The position numbers were made by a program, and so were the translations under genes. From Acidobacteriota bacterium (GTDB lineage Bacteria > Acidobacteriota > CAIWXX01): a stretch of DNA of 64,000 nt. This document shows positions 38,541 to 50,203 of this stretch, in pieces. Below the pieces are notes generated by a model. The model was not told where the DNA came from, ran no database searches, and worked only from the letters and a program-made list of their open reading frames with translations. Every line of letters starts with the position of its first letter. The stretch's first letter is position 1. Location: the NCBI GenBank assembly GCA_016191015.1, contig JACPPM010000301.1, positions 5,472 to 69,471 of the forward strand, read 5' to 3'.

Positions 38541-39923
38541 TCATTGCATGGCCAGCACGAGATCGAGCATGCGCTTGACCCCCCCGACAAAACTGCTCAC
38601 GGCGATCCGCTCGTTATGGGCGTGTCCCAGCTCCTGGTCCTCGGTCAGCTTGAACGGCTCGAACCCGTAGCAGGTGATTCCCAACTTGCGGAAATACACG
38701 GAATCGGTGCTACTCGCCAGGAGCGGAGTGGTGACGAGGGCGCCCTTGTCGTACTGACCGGCGACCCTCGCGATGGCCTTGAAGAGGTCGGTGTTGATGG
38801 GCGAAGAGCTGCTCTCGCCGATCGAGATGGGGCGGATCTCGACCCCTGTGCCTTCGAGCAGTCCCTGGAGCTTGGCCACGAAATCCGTCGGGTTTGCGCC
38901 CGGCAACAATCTGCAATCGAGAGTGGCCGTGGCCTCAGAAGGGATGACGTTCACCTTCGCAATCGGAGTGCTGACGGATGTGAGCGCGATGGTGTTGTGC
39001 AGGATTGACGCGTAGGAGGGCTGTTTCATGATCTCCTGTGCGAAGGTCGGGTCTTTGAGGCTCTCTCGGATGTTTGCGAACTTCATCTTCATAGTCGGTG
39101 TCTGTTGCTTCGCAATATCCGCGAAGAACTTCTCGACAGCCGGCACGACTTCGGTTTGGGGATGGTACTCCGTGATCCTGTTGATTCCGACTACAAGCTT
39201 CTGCAGGGCCGTGGGCTCGAACGGAGGGAACGCTCCGTGCCCCGCCGGACCGCTCGCCTTCAGCTCCAGCCAGCACACCGCCTTCTCCGCAGGGCTCACG
39301 CCGTAATACGAGACACGTCCATCGGGCAAGGTGCGGATGACGCTTCCCTCGTTGATCAGAAACTCGGCCTTTTGGACAAGCTCCGGATGCGCTTTCGTGA
39401 TCCATTCGGCGCCGACGCCAGTCCCGGCCTCCTCGTCCGCGACGGCCAGAAAGATGACGGTCCGGTTGAGCTTCATTCTCGAGCGCTTGAGGATGAGCAT
39501 CGTCATGAGCTGCGCGATTGCCAGGTTCTTTGTGTCGGTCGCCCCCCGTCCCCAGATCTCGCCCTCTTTCAACACGCCGGAAAACGGGTCCTCCTTCCAG
39601 AACTTCTTCTCCGCCGGGACCACATCGATGTGATTCAGCAGGATGAGCGGGCGCTTCTTTCCGCCGGTGTCGATGTACGCGTACAGGTTGCCTCTGCCCG
39701 GCTTGGCCTCGAAGATCGCGCAGCGGATCGCCTCCTTCTCGAGCAGAGACTGCAGATACTTCGCGCCCGCCGTCTCGTTCCCCGGCGGGTTCGTCGTGTC
39801 GATCCTGAGGTACTGTTGGAGATACTCCACGGCCTCTTTCTCGGCGGCCTTCCAGTCCACCTTCGGCGCCGCCCATGCAATGTGCGAGCTCAGAATGATG
39901 AGAATCGTTGCCAGCCTGATCAT
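38541..39923 (-). CDS. Secreted M20/M25/M40-family metallopeptidase
   Basis: Signal peptide; IDTTNPPGNE, NHIDVVP, GRGATDTK, DEEAG, INEG, HAHNERI. Confidence 0.9.
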   Translation of the reverse strand: MIRLATILIILSSHIAWAAPKVDWKAAEKEAVEYLQQYLRIDTTNPPGNETAGAKYLQSLLEKEAIRCAIFEAKPGRGNLYAYIDTGGKKRPLILLNHIDVVPAEKKFWKEDPFSGVLKEGEIWGRGATDTKNLAIAQLMTMLILKRSRMKLNRTVIFLAVADEEAGTGVGAEWITKAHPELVQKAEFLINEGSVIRTLPDGRVSYYGVSPAEKAVCWLELKASGPAGHGAFPPFEPTALQKLVVGINRITEYHPQTEVVPAVEKFFADIAKQQTPTMKMKFANIRESLKDPTFAQEIMKQPSYASILHNTIALTSVSTPIAKVNVIPSEATATLDCRLLPGANPTDFVAKLQGLLEGTGVEIRPISIGESSSSPINTDLFKAIARVAGQYDKGALVTTPLLASSTDSVYFRKLGITCYGFEPFKLTEDQELGHAHNERIAVSSFVGGVKRMLDLVLAMQ

Positions 39924-40330
39924 GTGATTTCTCCAGGGAATGTGCTTCGCCTCTCTGCGCTGACCATCGGGCCCCGAGGCTCGTCGACCCACGGAACCCC
40001 CCGACCTCTCCCGAAAACGCTTAGCTGCTGGTCCTGACCCGGTTCGTGCCTGTCCGGCGGCTCCAACGGTGTCCAGATTATAGCTGTCGCTACTTCCCAA
40101 GGGAAGTGACGACCGAGCGACCCTCGCGATGGGGGGCCGAGGCGGGAAGCGGGGTCCGGCGAGTTTCTTCCGATCCCCCGCCGCAGATTGCGCCGACCGG
40201 CCAGCCCTTTCAGCGACCAGGAACCGAGCTCGCCCTGGCATCAACTCCGTTCAATCGGGAAACCTGCGAGTCGATCTGTGATATCTTCGGTTTGCGGGAA
40301 GATGGGCGGTGCGCTGCCGATTCTTTTCTG

Positions 40331-40359
40331 TTGACAGTCCCCCCTGCCTGTATTATCCT
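40331..40359 (+). promoter_or_regulatory. Sigma-70 promoter of the rplM operon
   Basis: TTGACA-N17-TATCCT. Confidence 0.75.
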
Positions 40360-40396
40360 TCGATTTTGCGCTCTGGCTTTGGAGAGAACAGGAGTT

Positions 40397-40837
40397 ATGA
40401 AGACATATTTCCCGAAAGATGGGGACGTGAAGCTCGGCTGGAAACTACTGAACGCCGAAAACGTTGTGCTCGGAAGGCTCGCCACAGTTGCAGCGCGCAT
40501 CCTGTTGGGGAAAGACAAGCCGCAGTACACGCCCTTTCTCGCTGTGGGCGACGGGGTGATCATCGTCAATGCCGACAAGATCAAAGTGACCGGCAAGAAG
40601 TTGACGGACAAGAAGTACTATCACTACAGTGGTTACCCGGGGGGCATGAAAGAGACGAGCCTGGAGGCTCTCTTCGCCCAATCGCCGGCCAAGGTCGTGG
40701 AAGAGGCGATTTACGGAATGTTGCCGAAGAACAAGCTTGGCAAGCAGCTCCGGACTCGCATCAAAGTCTACACCGGCTCGGATCATCCCCACGCAGCCCA
40801 GACACCGGAGCCGGTTGCGCTCCCGACCCGATACTAG
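40397..40837 (+). CDS. rplM: 50S ribosomal protein L13
   Basis: LGRLAT..A..LLGK.KP.YTP...GD.VI, HYSGYPGG, GMLPKNKLG. Confidence 0.98.
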   Translation: MKTYFPKDGDVKLGWKLLNAENVVLGRLATVAARILLGKDKPQYTPFLAVGDGVIIVNADKIKVTGKKLTDKKYYHYSGYPGGMKETSLEALFAQSPAKVVEEAIYGMLPKNKLGKQLRTRIKVYTGSDHPHAAQTPEPVALPTRY

Positions 40838-40849
40838 GAGGAGATCAGT

Positions 40850-41242
40850 TTGGCTAGGATAGAATACAACGGTATTGGACGGCGAAAGTCCTCGACTGCC
40901 AGGATATGGCTGCGGCCCGGTAAGGGAGTTTTCACGGTCAACAATCGCCCGTTCGACGAGTACTTCGTGACGCCGAGTCAGAAGATGTCCGTGAAGCAGC
41001 CTTTGCTGCTCACCGAGACCGTCGACAAGTTTGACATTCTCGCGCTCTGCGACGGCGGCGGTGTAACGGGGCAGGCCGGTGCAATGCGCCTTGGGATTGC
41101 CAACGCGCTGGTCTCGTTCAACACCGAGCTGCGCAAGAAATTGAAGAAAGCCGGGTTCCTCACCAGGGACAGCCGGTCGAAGGAACGGAAGAAATACGGG
41201 CAGAAGGGTGCCCGGAAGCGCTTCCAGTTCTCCAAGCGGTAA
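40850..41242 (+). CDS. rpsI: 30S ribosomal protein S9
   Basis: [43 protein letters not shown]. Confidence 0.98.
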   Translation: MARIEYNGIGRRKSSTARIWLRPGKGVFTVNNRPFDEYFVTPSQKMSVKQPLLLTETVDKFDILALCDGGGVTGQAGAMRLGIANALVSFNTELRKKLKKAGFLTRDSRSKERKKYGQKGARKRFQFSKR

Positions 41243-41259
41243 TCAAAGGAGGTTTGTCC

Positions 41260-42084
41260 TTGTCGTCTGTCACGATGAAAGAGCTGCTGGAAGCCGGAGT
41301 CCACTTCGGTCATCAGACCAAGAAGTGGAATCCCAAGATGAAGGAATATATTTTCGGCGAGCGCAACGGGATCTACATCATCGACTTGAAGAAAACCCTG
41401 GCGCTCTTCAAGACCGCATGCAACTTCACCTTGGATCTGGCCTCGCACGGTGGGCGGCTCCTCTTTATCGGTACGAAGCGGCAGGCCAAGGACATCATCG
41501 CGGAAGAGGCGTCGCGAGCCGCGGCGTTCTACGTCAATCAGCGATGGTTGGGCGGTCTGCTGACTAACTTCTCCACGATTCAGCGTTCGATCGAGCGCCT
41601 CAAGGAGCTCGAGGAGATGAAGAGGGACGGGCGCTGGGAAGAGGTGTTCACGAAGAAGGAACAGACCCGGATGGAGAAGGAGAAGAAGAAACTCGAGAAG
41701 AACCTCGCGGGGATCCGCGATTTGACCGCCCGGCCCGACGCGATCTTCGTGATCGACTCCAAGAAGGAGACGATCGCGATCAGCGAGGCGAGACGGCTCG
41801 GCATCCCCGTCATCGCCGTGGTCGACACCAATTGCGACCCCGAAGACGTCGATTACCCGATCCCGGGCAACGACGACGCGATCCGTGCCATCAAACTCTT
41901 CGTCTCCAAGATCGCCGATTCGATTATCGAAGGCAGGGGCGTCCTCCAGGGGGCGAAGGCCGTCGAGGAGAAGATCGCAGCAGATGAGGAAGCCGGCGGG
42001 ACAAATGTGCCGTCGGATCTGGCCGGTGTCGGGGCGATGTCGCCTGCGGGCTCAGCAGCTCACACTGCGCACGCCCGCGTCTAG
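41260..42084 (+). CDS. rpsB: 30S ribosomal protein S2
   Basis: [50 protein letters not shown] before a TTG start. Confidence 0.98.
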   Translation: MSSVTMKELLEAGVHFGHQTKKWNPKMKEYIFGERNGIYIIDLKKTLALFKTACNFTLDLASHGGRLLFIGTKRQAKDIIAEEASRAAAFYVNQRWLGGLLTNFSTIQRSIERLKELEEMKRDGRWEEVFTKKEQTRMEKEKKKLEKNLAGIRDLTARPDAIFVIDSKKETIAISEARRLGIPVIAVVDTNCDPEDVDYPIPGNDDAIRAIKLFVSKIADSIIEGRGVLQGAKAVEEKIAADEEAGGTNVPSDLAGVGAMSPAGSAAHTAHARV

Positions 42085-42189
42085 CCGTCACGAGAGGAGG
42101 TGCCGGTTCGCGGCATCGCCTGCGTGAGCACAAGAGCTTTGTTCGGTGTTCAACGGGAACACCGCTGATTTGCAGGAAGAGGTAGGAAC

Positions 42190-42789
42190 ATGGAGATTAC
42201 GTCTGGAATGGTCAAGGACCTCCGTGAACGCACCGGGCTCGGAATCATGGAGTGCAAGATGGCCCTCGGTGAGACCAAGGGCGACATGGAAGAAGCGATT
42301 GTGTACCTGAGGAAACGCGGGCTGAAGATCGCGGAAAAGAAGTCCGGCCGGACGACCTCTGAGGGAGTCATCGGAGCCTACATTCATGCTGGCGGCAAGA
42401 TCGGGGTCATGGTGGAGGTGAACTGCGAGAGCGATTTCGTGGCGAAGAACACGGATTTCGCATCGCTGGTCAAGGACATAGCGATGCACATTGCGGCTTC
42501 CGATCCGCGGTTCATCGCCAAGGAGGATGTCACCGAGCAGGTTCTGGCACGCGAGCGGGAGATCATCGCCGAGCAGCTGAAGAGCTCCGGCAAACCCCCC
42601 GACATGATCCCCAAGATCGTTGAGGGGAAGCTGCAGAGCTATTACTCCGAAGTGTGTCTGCTCGAGCAGCCGTTCGTGAAGGACCAGGCCCTCAAGGTGA
42701 GGGACGTGCTGGCGGCCTTTATCGCGAAGAGCGGTGAGAATGTCACCATTCGGCGCTTCACGCGTTATCGGATGGGTGAGGACGTCTAA
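42190..42789 (+). CDS. tsf: Elongation factor Ts (short, about 200-aa type)
   Basis: [44 protein letters not shown]. Confidence 0.97.
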   Translation: MEITSGMVKDLRERTGLGIMECKMALGETKGDMEEAIVYLRKRGLKIAEKKSGRTTSEGVIGAYIHAGGKIGVMVEVNCESDFVAKNTDFASLVKDIAMHIAASDPRFIAKEDVTEQVLAREREIIAEQLKSSGKPPDMIPKIVEGKLQSYYSEVCLLEQPFVKDQALKVRDVLAAFIAKSGENVTIRRFTRYRMGEDV

Positions 42790-42824
42790 TTGGTCTGGAC
42801 TCCGTCGGAGCGGGACAGCCGATA

Positions 42825-43547
42825 ATGGCCGAGAGCGCGACCGCCGTCTACAAACGGATCCTCCTAAAACTGTCCGGCGAGGCGCTGATCGGGGAGAGAG
42901 GCTACGGCATCGATTCTGCGATGACACAGTCGATCGCGGGAGAGATCCGCGAGGTCAGGGAGCTCGGCACCGAGGTTGCGATCGTCATCGGCGGAGGCAA
43001 CATTTTTCGTGGCGTAGCCGCCACTGCGGCCGGCATGGAGCGCGTCGCGGGGGATCACATGGGCATGTTGGCGACGGTCATCAACGGTATCGCCCTCCAG
43101 GATGCGCTCGAGAAACAGAATGTCTTCACGCGCCTCATGACCGCCATCGAGATGCGCGAGGTCGCGGAACCCTACATCAGAAGACGCGCGGTGAGACACC
43201 TCGAAAAGGGCCGTGTGGTCATTCTCGCGGGCGGCACGGGCAATCCGTATTTCACGACCGATACTGCCGCGGCGCTGCGCGCGATGGAGATCAAGGCTGA
43301 AGCGATCCTGAAGGCGACCCGAGTTGATGGCGTCTACACGGCCGATCCGAAGCTCGACAAGACTGCAATGAAGATCGACCAGATCAGCCATCTCGATGTC
43401 CTCAAGCGAGGGCTAAAGGTCATGGATGCCACCGCCATCTCGCTTTGTATGGACAACCAACTCCCCATTCGTGTCTTCGATCTGCGGGTTCGAGGGAACA
43501 TTCTCAGAATCGTGCGCGGCGAGCCGATCGGCTCGTCAGTGTCTTGA
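42825..43547 (+). CDS. pyrH: UMP kinase
   Basis: [40 protein letters not shown]. Confidence 0.98.
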   Translation: MAESATAVYKRILLKLSGEALIGERGYGIDSAMTQSIAGEIREVRELGTEVAIVIGGGNIFRGVAATAAGMERVAGDHMGMLATVINGIALQDALEKQNVFTRLMTAIEMREVAEPYIRRRAVRHLEKGRVVILAGGTGNPYFTTDTAAALRAMEIKAEAILKATRVDGVYTADPKLDKTAMKIDQISHLDVLKRGLKVMDATAISLCMDNQLPIRVFDLRVRGNILRIVRGEPIGSSVS

Positions 43548-43668
43548 TCAGCCATTAGCCCTTAGCTCCGGACCGGACTTGCGCGTGAGCACGAAATAGA
43601 TGGCGGGCGAACACATGTTGCGCCTCTGCGCTAAAGGATAACGGCTACGGGCTAATCGCTGACGGCTG
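43547..43668. repeat. Family A heptamer-arm element between pyrH and frr
   Basis: tcagcca ttagccc ttagctc-cggaccggac ... gctaaag gataacg gctacgg gctaatc gctgacg. Confidence 0.85.
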
Positions 43669-43688
43669 CTTCGCCGCCGTCCGCGGTT

Positions 43689-43718
43689 TTGTCCGCACGC
43701 GCGCCCCTGTGATAGAAT
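43689..43718 (+). promoter_or_regulatory. Putative internal promoter for frr
   Basis: TTGTCC-N18-TAGAAT with a TGn extended -10. Confidence 0.55.
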
Positions 43719-43748
43719 CTCATTTCTTCTGCAGACGAGGAGGCGGAA

Positions 43749-44303
43749 ATGAAGGACGTCATCACCAGGAACAAGGCCAGGATGGAGCAGTCCATTGACG
43801 TGTTCAAACGTGAGCTGGCCGGGGTGCGGAGCGGCCGGGCGACAATCAGCATTCTCGACGGGATTCACGTCGAATACTACGGGACAATGACGCCGCTGAA
43901 TCAGGTGGCGACTCTGCAGGCTCCCGATGCCAATCTCCTGACCGCCCAGCCCTGGGACCTCAGCCTTCTCGCCGCGATCGAAAAGGCGATCCGCAAGAGC
44001 GATCTGGACCTGAATCCGGCCAACGATGGAAAGGTCATCAAAATCCCCATCCCGCCGCTCAACGAAGAACGCCGGCAGAAGCTGATCAAGCACATCCACA
44101 AGCTCGCAGAGGACTCGCGCAACGGTCTCCGTATGATCCGCCGGGATGCAAACGAGGAGATCAAGAAACTCGAAAAAGAGAAGAAGATCAGCCAGGATGA
44201 CGAGCGTCGCGGTCTCGAGCAGATCCAGAAACTCACCGACGACCACACCACCAGGATCGAAGAGCTGCTCAAGAAGAAGGAACAGGATCTCAAGACTGTT
44301 TAG
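43749..44303 (+). CDS. frr: Ribosome recycling factor
   Basis: VRSGRA, VEYYG, QPWD, LNPANDG, IPPLNEERR, IRRDAN. Confidence 0.97.
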   Translation: MKDVITRNKARMEQSIDVFKRELAGVRSGRATISILDGIHVEYYGTMTPLNQVATLQAPDANLLTAQPWDLSLLAAIEKAIRKSDLDLNPANDGKVIKIPIPPLNEERRQKLIKHIHKLAEDSRNGLRMIRRDANEEIKKLEKEKKISQDDERRGLEQIQKLTDDHTTRIEELLKKKEQDLKTV

Positions 44304-44457
44304 AGCTGGCAGCCGTTAGCCCGAAGCGTCTGGTTCGGAGACTCTGGGCGAACGGATACGGGCTCTGCTGGCATTCCCGCTGCAGCGAGAGGGCCGCCGT
44401 TACAGGTCCGGTCCGGAGCTAATAGCTAACGGCTGATAGCTAATGGCTAACCAGCTA
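44301..44457. repeat. Family A heptamer-arm element between frr and the convergent gene
   Basis: agagctg gcagccg ttagccc ... gtccggtccgga-gctaata gctaacg gctgata gctaatg gctaacc. Confidence 0.85.
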
Positions 44458-45403
44458 CCGGTTTCGGAGCGAACCACGGCTGGCCCGTACCGAACTTGGT
44501 CGCGAGGGTCGCGCCCATGCCGATGATTCCGAGGATCGTCCAGATCAACCAGCCGATGACAGGCAGGAACTGGACGAGGCCGAGTAGGGAGAGGCCTGCC
44601 AGCACGGCCAGCACGTCGGAATTCGCATCCCAGCGCAGGGCGTTGAGGATCCTCGTACCACAAAAGTAGTAAATAGAGACATTCCCGAAAACTTTGATGA
44701 GGACGGCGAAGACGCTCAGGAGCAGGAGCAGAGGGATTCCGACGAGGACGAGACAGAGGAGGGCGAGCAGAACGACCATGACGATCAGGGCCATGAACCA
44801 GAGGAAGCCGACGAGGGCAAATCGCCCGAAATGCGCCGGGATCTCCGAGGCCGTGTGGCGGATCTGAACCGGAAACGCCAGGACGACAGCGGCGGCGATC
44901 AGGAACCAGGTGAAGAGCATGATGATTCGAATGCCGACCACGAGCGGCGTCCAGCTCTGTTTCAGCGGATCGAAGGAGACCGCCTTGATGACCCAGTCGC
45001 CGAGCTCTTCAGAGGTCTTGATGTAGACGAATTCCCCCAGGACCCGCGACCCTTCCGCTCTCTGCGGCCTGGGACCGATGCAGACCAGATCACCGCGGAC
45101 GATCGCATGGGGCCCGAGCTTCACATCGGCTCCAACGCCAACGACGTCTCCGTCGGCGGTCCCGTTCAGCTCGAGGCTTCCTCCGATCGCGGCGACAGTC
45201 TTCCGTGCAGTGCCGTCGACGCTGATGTGACCGCCGATGGCCACCAGGTCCTCTTTGGCCTCTTCGCCCGATGCGATGTGGATCTCGCGCTGCAGCGGCT
45301 GCAGCGGCTCGGGACCGACCCTGGCGCGAGCCATCCCCGCCGCCGCCAACACCAGCAGGGCGGCGGCCGGGAGCGTCGGCGCGGGGAAGTGGAAAGCCTT
45401 CAT
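44447..45403 (-). CDS. Membrane protein with a bactofilin-like (polymer-forming) beta-helix N-terminal region
   Basis: Signal-like N-terminus; repeats DLVAIGGHISVDG/TVAAIGGSLELNG/DVVGVGADVKLG; several C-terminal TM helices. Confidence 0.8.
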   Translation of the reverse strand: MKAFHFPAPTLPAAALLVLAAAGMARARVGPEPLQPLQREIHIASGEEAKEDLVAIGGHISVDGTARKTVAAIGGSLELNGTADGDVVGVGADVKLGPHAIVRGDLVCIGPRPQRAEGSRVLGEFVYIKTSEELGDWVIKAVSFDPLKQSWTPLVVGIRIIMLFTWFLIAAAVVLAFPVQIRHTASEIPAHFGRFALVGFLWFMALIVMVVLLALLCLVLVGIPLLLLLSVFAVLIKVFGNVSIYYFCGTRILNALRWDANSDVLAVLAGLSLLGLVQFLPVIGWLIWTILGIIGMGATLATKFGTGQPWFAPKPVAG

Positions 45404-45963
45404 GCGGCTCGGCCTCGCTGATACGTGCTGATGCTACGCTGGAGGAGAAAGGTGAGACTGGCGGCGAGGAGGACGAGCGCCACGAGGAGCACGGATCCGA
45501 CCCGTGAGAGAATGAGAGCCACCGTGCCCGTCAGGACCACTGCGATATTCGCTCCGATGCGCATGACGATGATCGCCGTGCGGATCACCGAAAGCATCGA
45601 CTCGAGGGATGCCGTGACGGCCGAGGCTGCGCGTGCCCCGATGTCAGCGTCGGTGAGGATGCCCCACGCGATGAGCCCCGTTCCGCTGGCCAGCGTGAGA
45701 AGCGCGAAGACAGCCGATGCGGCCAGCGTGACGCGCCGCGCCACAGGACGATAGGGGTTCAGGTGCGCAAGGACGCGCGACGCGAAATCATGGGGCGGCT
45801 GGACCTGAGGCAGCTCCTCCACTGCCGCAGCGATCTTCTGAAACGTCGCCGTCTGCGCCCGGCAGGGCTCACACACCCGCAGATGTTCAGCGATCTCGTC
45901 CGATCCTGCCAGCTCGCCGTCCACGTAAGCCGAAATCTCAGCCGGGGCCGGATGATGTGTCAC
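45400..45963 (-). CDS. zf-HC2 anti-sigma factor
   Basis: ISAYVDGEL...EHLRVCEPC, PPHDFASRV, TM helices; 4-nt overlap with the sigma gene. Confidence 0.88.
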   Translation of the reverse strand: MTHHPAPAEISAYVDGELAGSDEIAEHLRVCEPCRAQTATFQKIAAAVEELPQVQPPHDFASRVLAHLNPYRPVARRVTLAASAVFALLTLASGTGLIAWGILTDADIGARAASAVTASLESMLSVIRTAIIVMRIGANIAVVLTGTVALILSRVGSVLLVALVLLAASLTFLLQRSISTYQRGRAA

Positions 45964-46538
45964 AGTATCCCCTCCAGACTGGCTCGCAGCATCTCCCTCG
46001 CCCTGAACAGGCGATTCTTGACGGTCCCGAGCGGGATTGAGCAGATCCGCGCCATCTCCTCGTAGCTGCAGTCGTTCACATGCCTGAGCACAATGAGCCT
46101 TCGATAGGTGGGAGGCAACCTCATGATGGCCTCCTCGATCCTCTCCTGCTTGTCCGCGAACACCGCATCCCGCTCGCCCATCGCGCTCGGATCCCGGATC
46201 TCGATCGGACGGTTTCCCTCTTCCAGCGACTGCTCGATCGATACCCATCGCGGCTCTTTCTTCCGCAAGTGGTCAATCAGATGGTTTGAGGCAATCTTGT
46301 AGAGCCATGTGCTGAGCTTGTAGCGTGGATCGTACGAACGCAGCGAGTTGTAAGCCTTGATGAAGACCTCCTGCGCCAGGTCGGTCGACACCTCGTAGTT
46401 CCTCACCATCCGGTAGCAGTAGTTCACAATCGGTCGTTGATAGCGCTGCATGATTCCACCGAATGCCTCCTTGTCGCCCCTCAGCACTCGTTTGACCAGA
46501 TCGTGGTCGCTTTCCCCCCTGTTCGCACTCTCTTTCAC
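45960..46538 (-). CDS. ECF sigma factor (SigW/SigE-like)
   Basis: GDKEAF, DLAQEVFIKAY, STWLYKIASN..IDHLRK, SYEEMA....IPLGTVKNRLFRAR. Confidence 0.95.
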   Translation of the reverse strand: MKESANRGESDHDLVKRVLRGDKEAFGGIMQRYQRPIVNYCYRMVRNYEVSTDLAQEVFIKAYNSLRSYDPRYKLSTWLYKIASNHLIDHLRKKEPRWVSIEQSLEEGNRPIEIRDPSAMGERDAVFADKQERIEEAIMRLPPTYRRLIVLRHVNDCSYEEMARICSIPLGTVKNRLFRAREMLRASLEGIL

Positions 46539-46543
46539 GACGT

Positions 46544-46571
46544 ACTACGGCTGTCGCCGCCCGATGTTTCA
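46544..46571 (-). promoter_or_regulatory. ECF (SigW-type) autoregulatory promoter
   Basis: Minus strand reads TGAAAC-N16-CGTAGT, ending 5 nt before the GTG start. Confidence 0.75.
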
Positions 46572-47201
46572 GCGGCGCTCAATGATTTCGGCCCCGGGAG
46601 CGAGGTCGATCACACCCGCACCGGCGGGGAGTCGCGAGGACCGCTTCTGACCCGAGAGGCGGATCTCGACGCGGTTGCGAAGATCATCGTAGAACAGGAC
46701 CCGGTTGACCGACCCGCTGCTGTCAGCCTCTACATAGAAATCTCCGGGCGCATCCCCGGCTGCGATCATTTGCAGGTGAAGCAGCTCGCTCGGCGCCTTC
46801 TCCGCACGCTCATGATCCGGTGGCAGGATCAGACACTCCGACAGCCGCCGCTGGCCCAGAAGGAATAGGTAGGGCAGAACCCGACTGTCATCGTCGATGG
46901 TGTAGCGCATGAGCTGCCGGTCGGCGGGGATGTAGAATTCCACGGACCCGCCCCTGTACAGGAAGACCTTCTTCTCAGGCTGGAGGTAGTCGAACCTGAG
47001 AATCCCTTCCTTGCGACCAACCGTGAGTTGCCCTTTTTCGATCTTCGCAACGCGGGTGGCCATCGATTCCGTGCGCTGCTCGAAAGCAGCCTGCATGACA
47101 TCCATCTTTGCATAGTACGCGTCAATCCGTGCGACCGCTGCGACGGCGTGGGGATCAGCTGCCAAAAGGAGAGAGATGAAAGCCGCAATCATCCGCATCA
47201 T
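46569..47201 (-). CDS. lolA: Outer-membrane lipoprotein carrier LolA-like protein; the start may be the ATG at 47192
   Basis: AAFEQ...EKG.L......LRFDYLQPEKK.F...G.....Y.PADRQ, PYLFLLG. Confidence 0.78.
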   Translation of the reverse strand: MMRMIAAFISLLLAADPHAVAAVARIDAYYAKMDVMQAAFEQRTESMATRVAKIEKGQLTVGRKEGILRFDYLQPEKKVFLYRGGSVEFYIPADRQLMRYTIDDDSRVLPYLFLLGQRRLSECLILPPDHERAEKAPSELLHLQMIAAGDAPGDFYVEADSSGSVNRVLFYDDLRNRVEIRLSGQKRSSRLPAGAGVIDLAPGAEIIERR

Positions 47202-47508
47202 TGTATCACGCGCTCACAAGTCGACTCCAACCCTTCGGCGCGTCTACGACGATGATGCTGGTCGTGCTGCGATAGCTGCCCGGCAACAGTCGGCCTCGAC
47301 AGAACCAGATACACCGCCACCGAAGCGATCTTCTACGCCGAGTCTGCTTCGAGTATGGGACCGAACCTCTACGACGCTGTCTGATTTCCTACGTTTCGAC
47401 CTGCAGGCGCCTATCCACTGTAAGTGTAAATTTTTCAATACTTTGCCTAATCAGAGCCCGAATAGGCTTGCGCACAAAGCTTGAGCCTTAACCACTAAGA
47501 TTTTATGC

Positions 47509-47537
47509 TTGACAAGTGCTCATTGGAGGTCTATATT
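47509..47537 (+). promoter_or_regulatory. Sigma-70 promoter of groESL
   Basis: TTGACA-N17-TATATT. Confidence 0.8.
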
Positions 47538-47570
47538 TCGTCTGGCTATTTTTTGTAAGGAGGTAATGAG

Positions 47571-49515
<1,945 letters not shown>

Positions 49516-49546
49516 TCCGGCCCCCGGTTTTCGGTTCGATCGAGCA

Positions 49547-49580
49547 GGCGGGAGGGCCACGCGGCTCTCCCGCCGTTTTT
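49547..49580 (+). terminator. Rho-independent terminator of groESL
   Basis: ggcgggagggcc-acgc-ggctctcccgcc followed by gttttt. Confidence 0.85.
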
Positions 49581-49627
49581 CCTTCAGCGATCTGCGGGGA
49601 ATCCGGTATCGGACCCAACGAGGACTC

Positions 49628-49996
49628 GTGAATCGCAAAGCATTCGAACGAATGGTTGCGGACGCAATCTCGGAAATACCCGACGAGCTACGCGACCGGC
49701 TCGAGAACGTCGAGATCGTGATCGAAGACGAGCCTGATCCAGCACTTCTCGAGGATATGGGGCTCGATCCTGATGAGGATACGCTCCTGGGCCTCTATCA
49801 GGGCGTGCCCCTCACACAACGAACATCACAATACGGCCTGGTCCTCCCCGACAAGATCAGCATTTACCAGTTCCCCATAGAGGACAGCTGCGAGACGCTC
49901 GCCCAGATGAAGCTCGAGGTTCAGCGGACCGTCGTCCACGAGATCGCACACCACTTCGGAATCAGCGACGAGAGGCTCGAAGAGCTCGGATTCTGA
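49628..49996 (+). CDS. Zincin_1 minimal metallopeptidase family protein
   Basis: LLGLYQGVPL, PDKISIYQ, VHEIAHHFG. Confidence 0.92.
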   Translation: MNRKAFERMVADAISEIPDELRDRLENVEIVIEDEPDPALLEDMGLDPDEDTLLGLYQGVPLTQRTSQYGLVLPDKISIYQFPIEDSCETLAQMKLEVQRTVVHEIAHHFGISDERLEELGF

Positions 49997-50133
49997 GGCC
50001 AGAATAGCGCCTCGCAAGGGGGCGGGGCTCAGCCGCGAGGGTTTTGGAGCCGCGGGAGTGCGGAATCGGGAATCCGTTCCAGCATCGGCTTGACGCCGAT
50101 CATCGCCGAGGCCCCCAGCGCGGTCTGGACAGG

Positions 50134-50161
50134 AAAAAGGGGAGGCCAGAATGCCTCCCCT
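50134..50161 (-). terminator. Rho-independent terminator of the S8 peptidase gene
   Basis: ggggaggc/gcctcccc stem with a U tract on the minus strand. Confidence 0.8.
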
Positions 50162-50203
50162 CGTAGTCGCGGCGGCCAGCGGCCCTACCGCACAACTTGG
50201 GTC

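Noticed and set aside
40086..40113. Hairpin gtcgctacttccc-aa-gggaagtgacgac between the peptidase gene and rplM
   Set aside because: It is isolated, lies upstream of the rplM promoter and has no second copy or family match that I can support.
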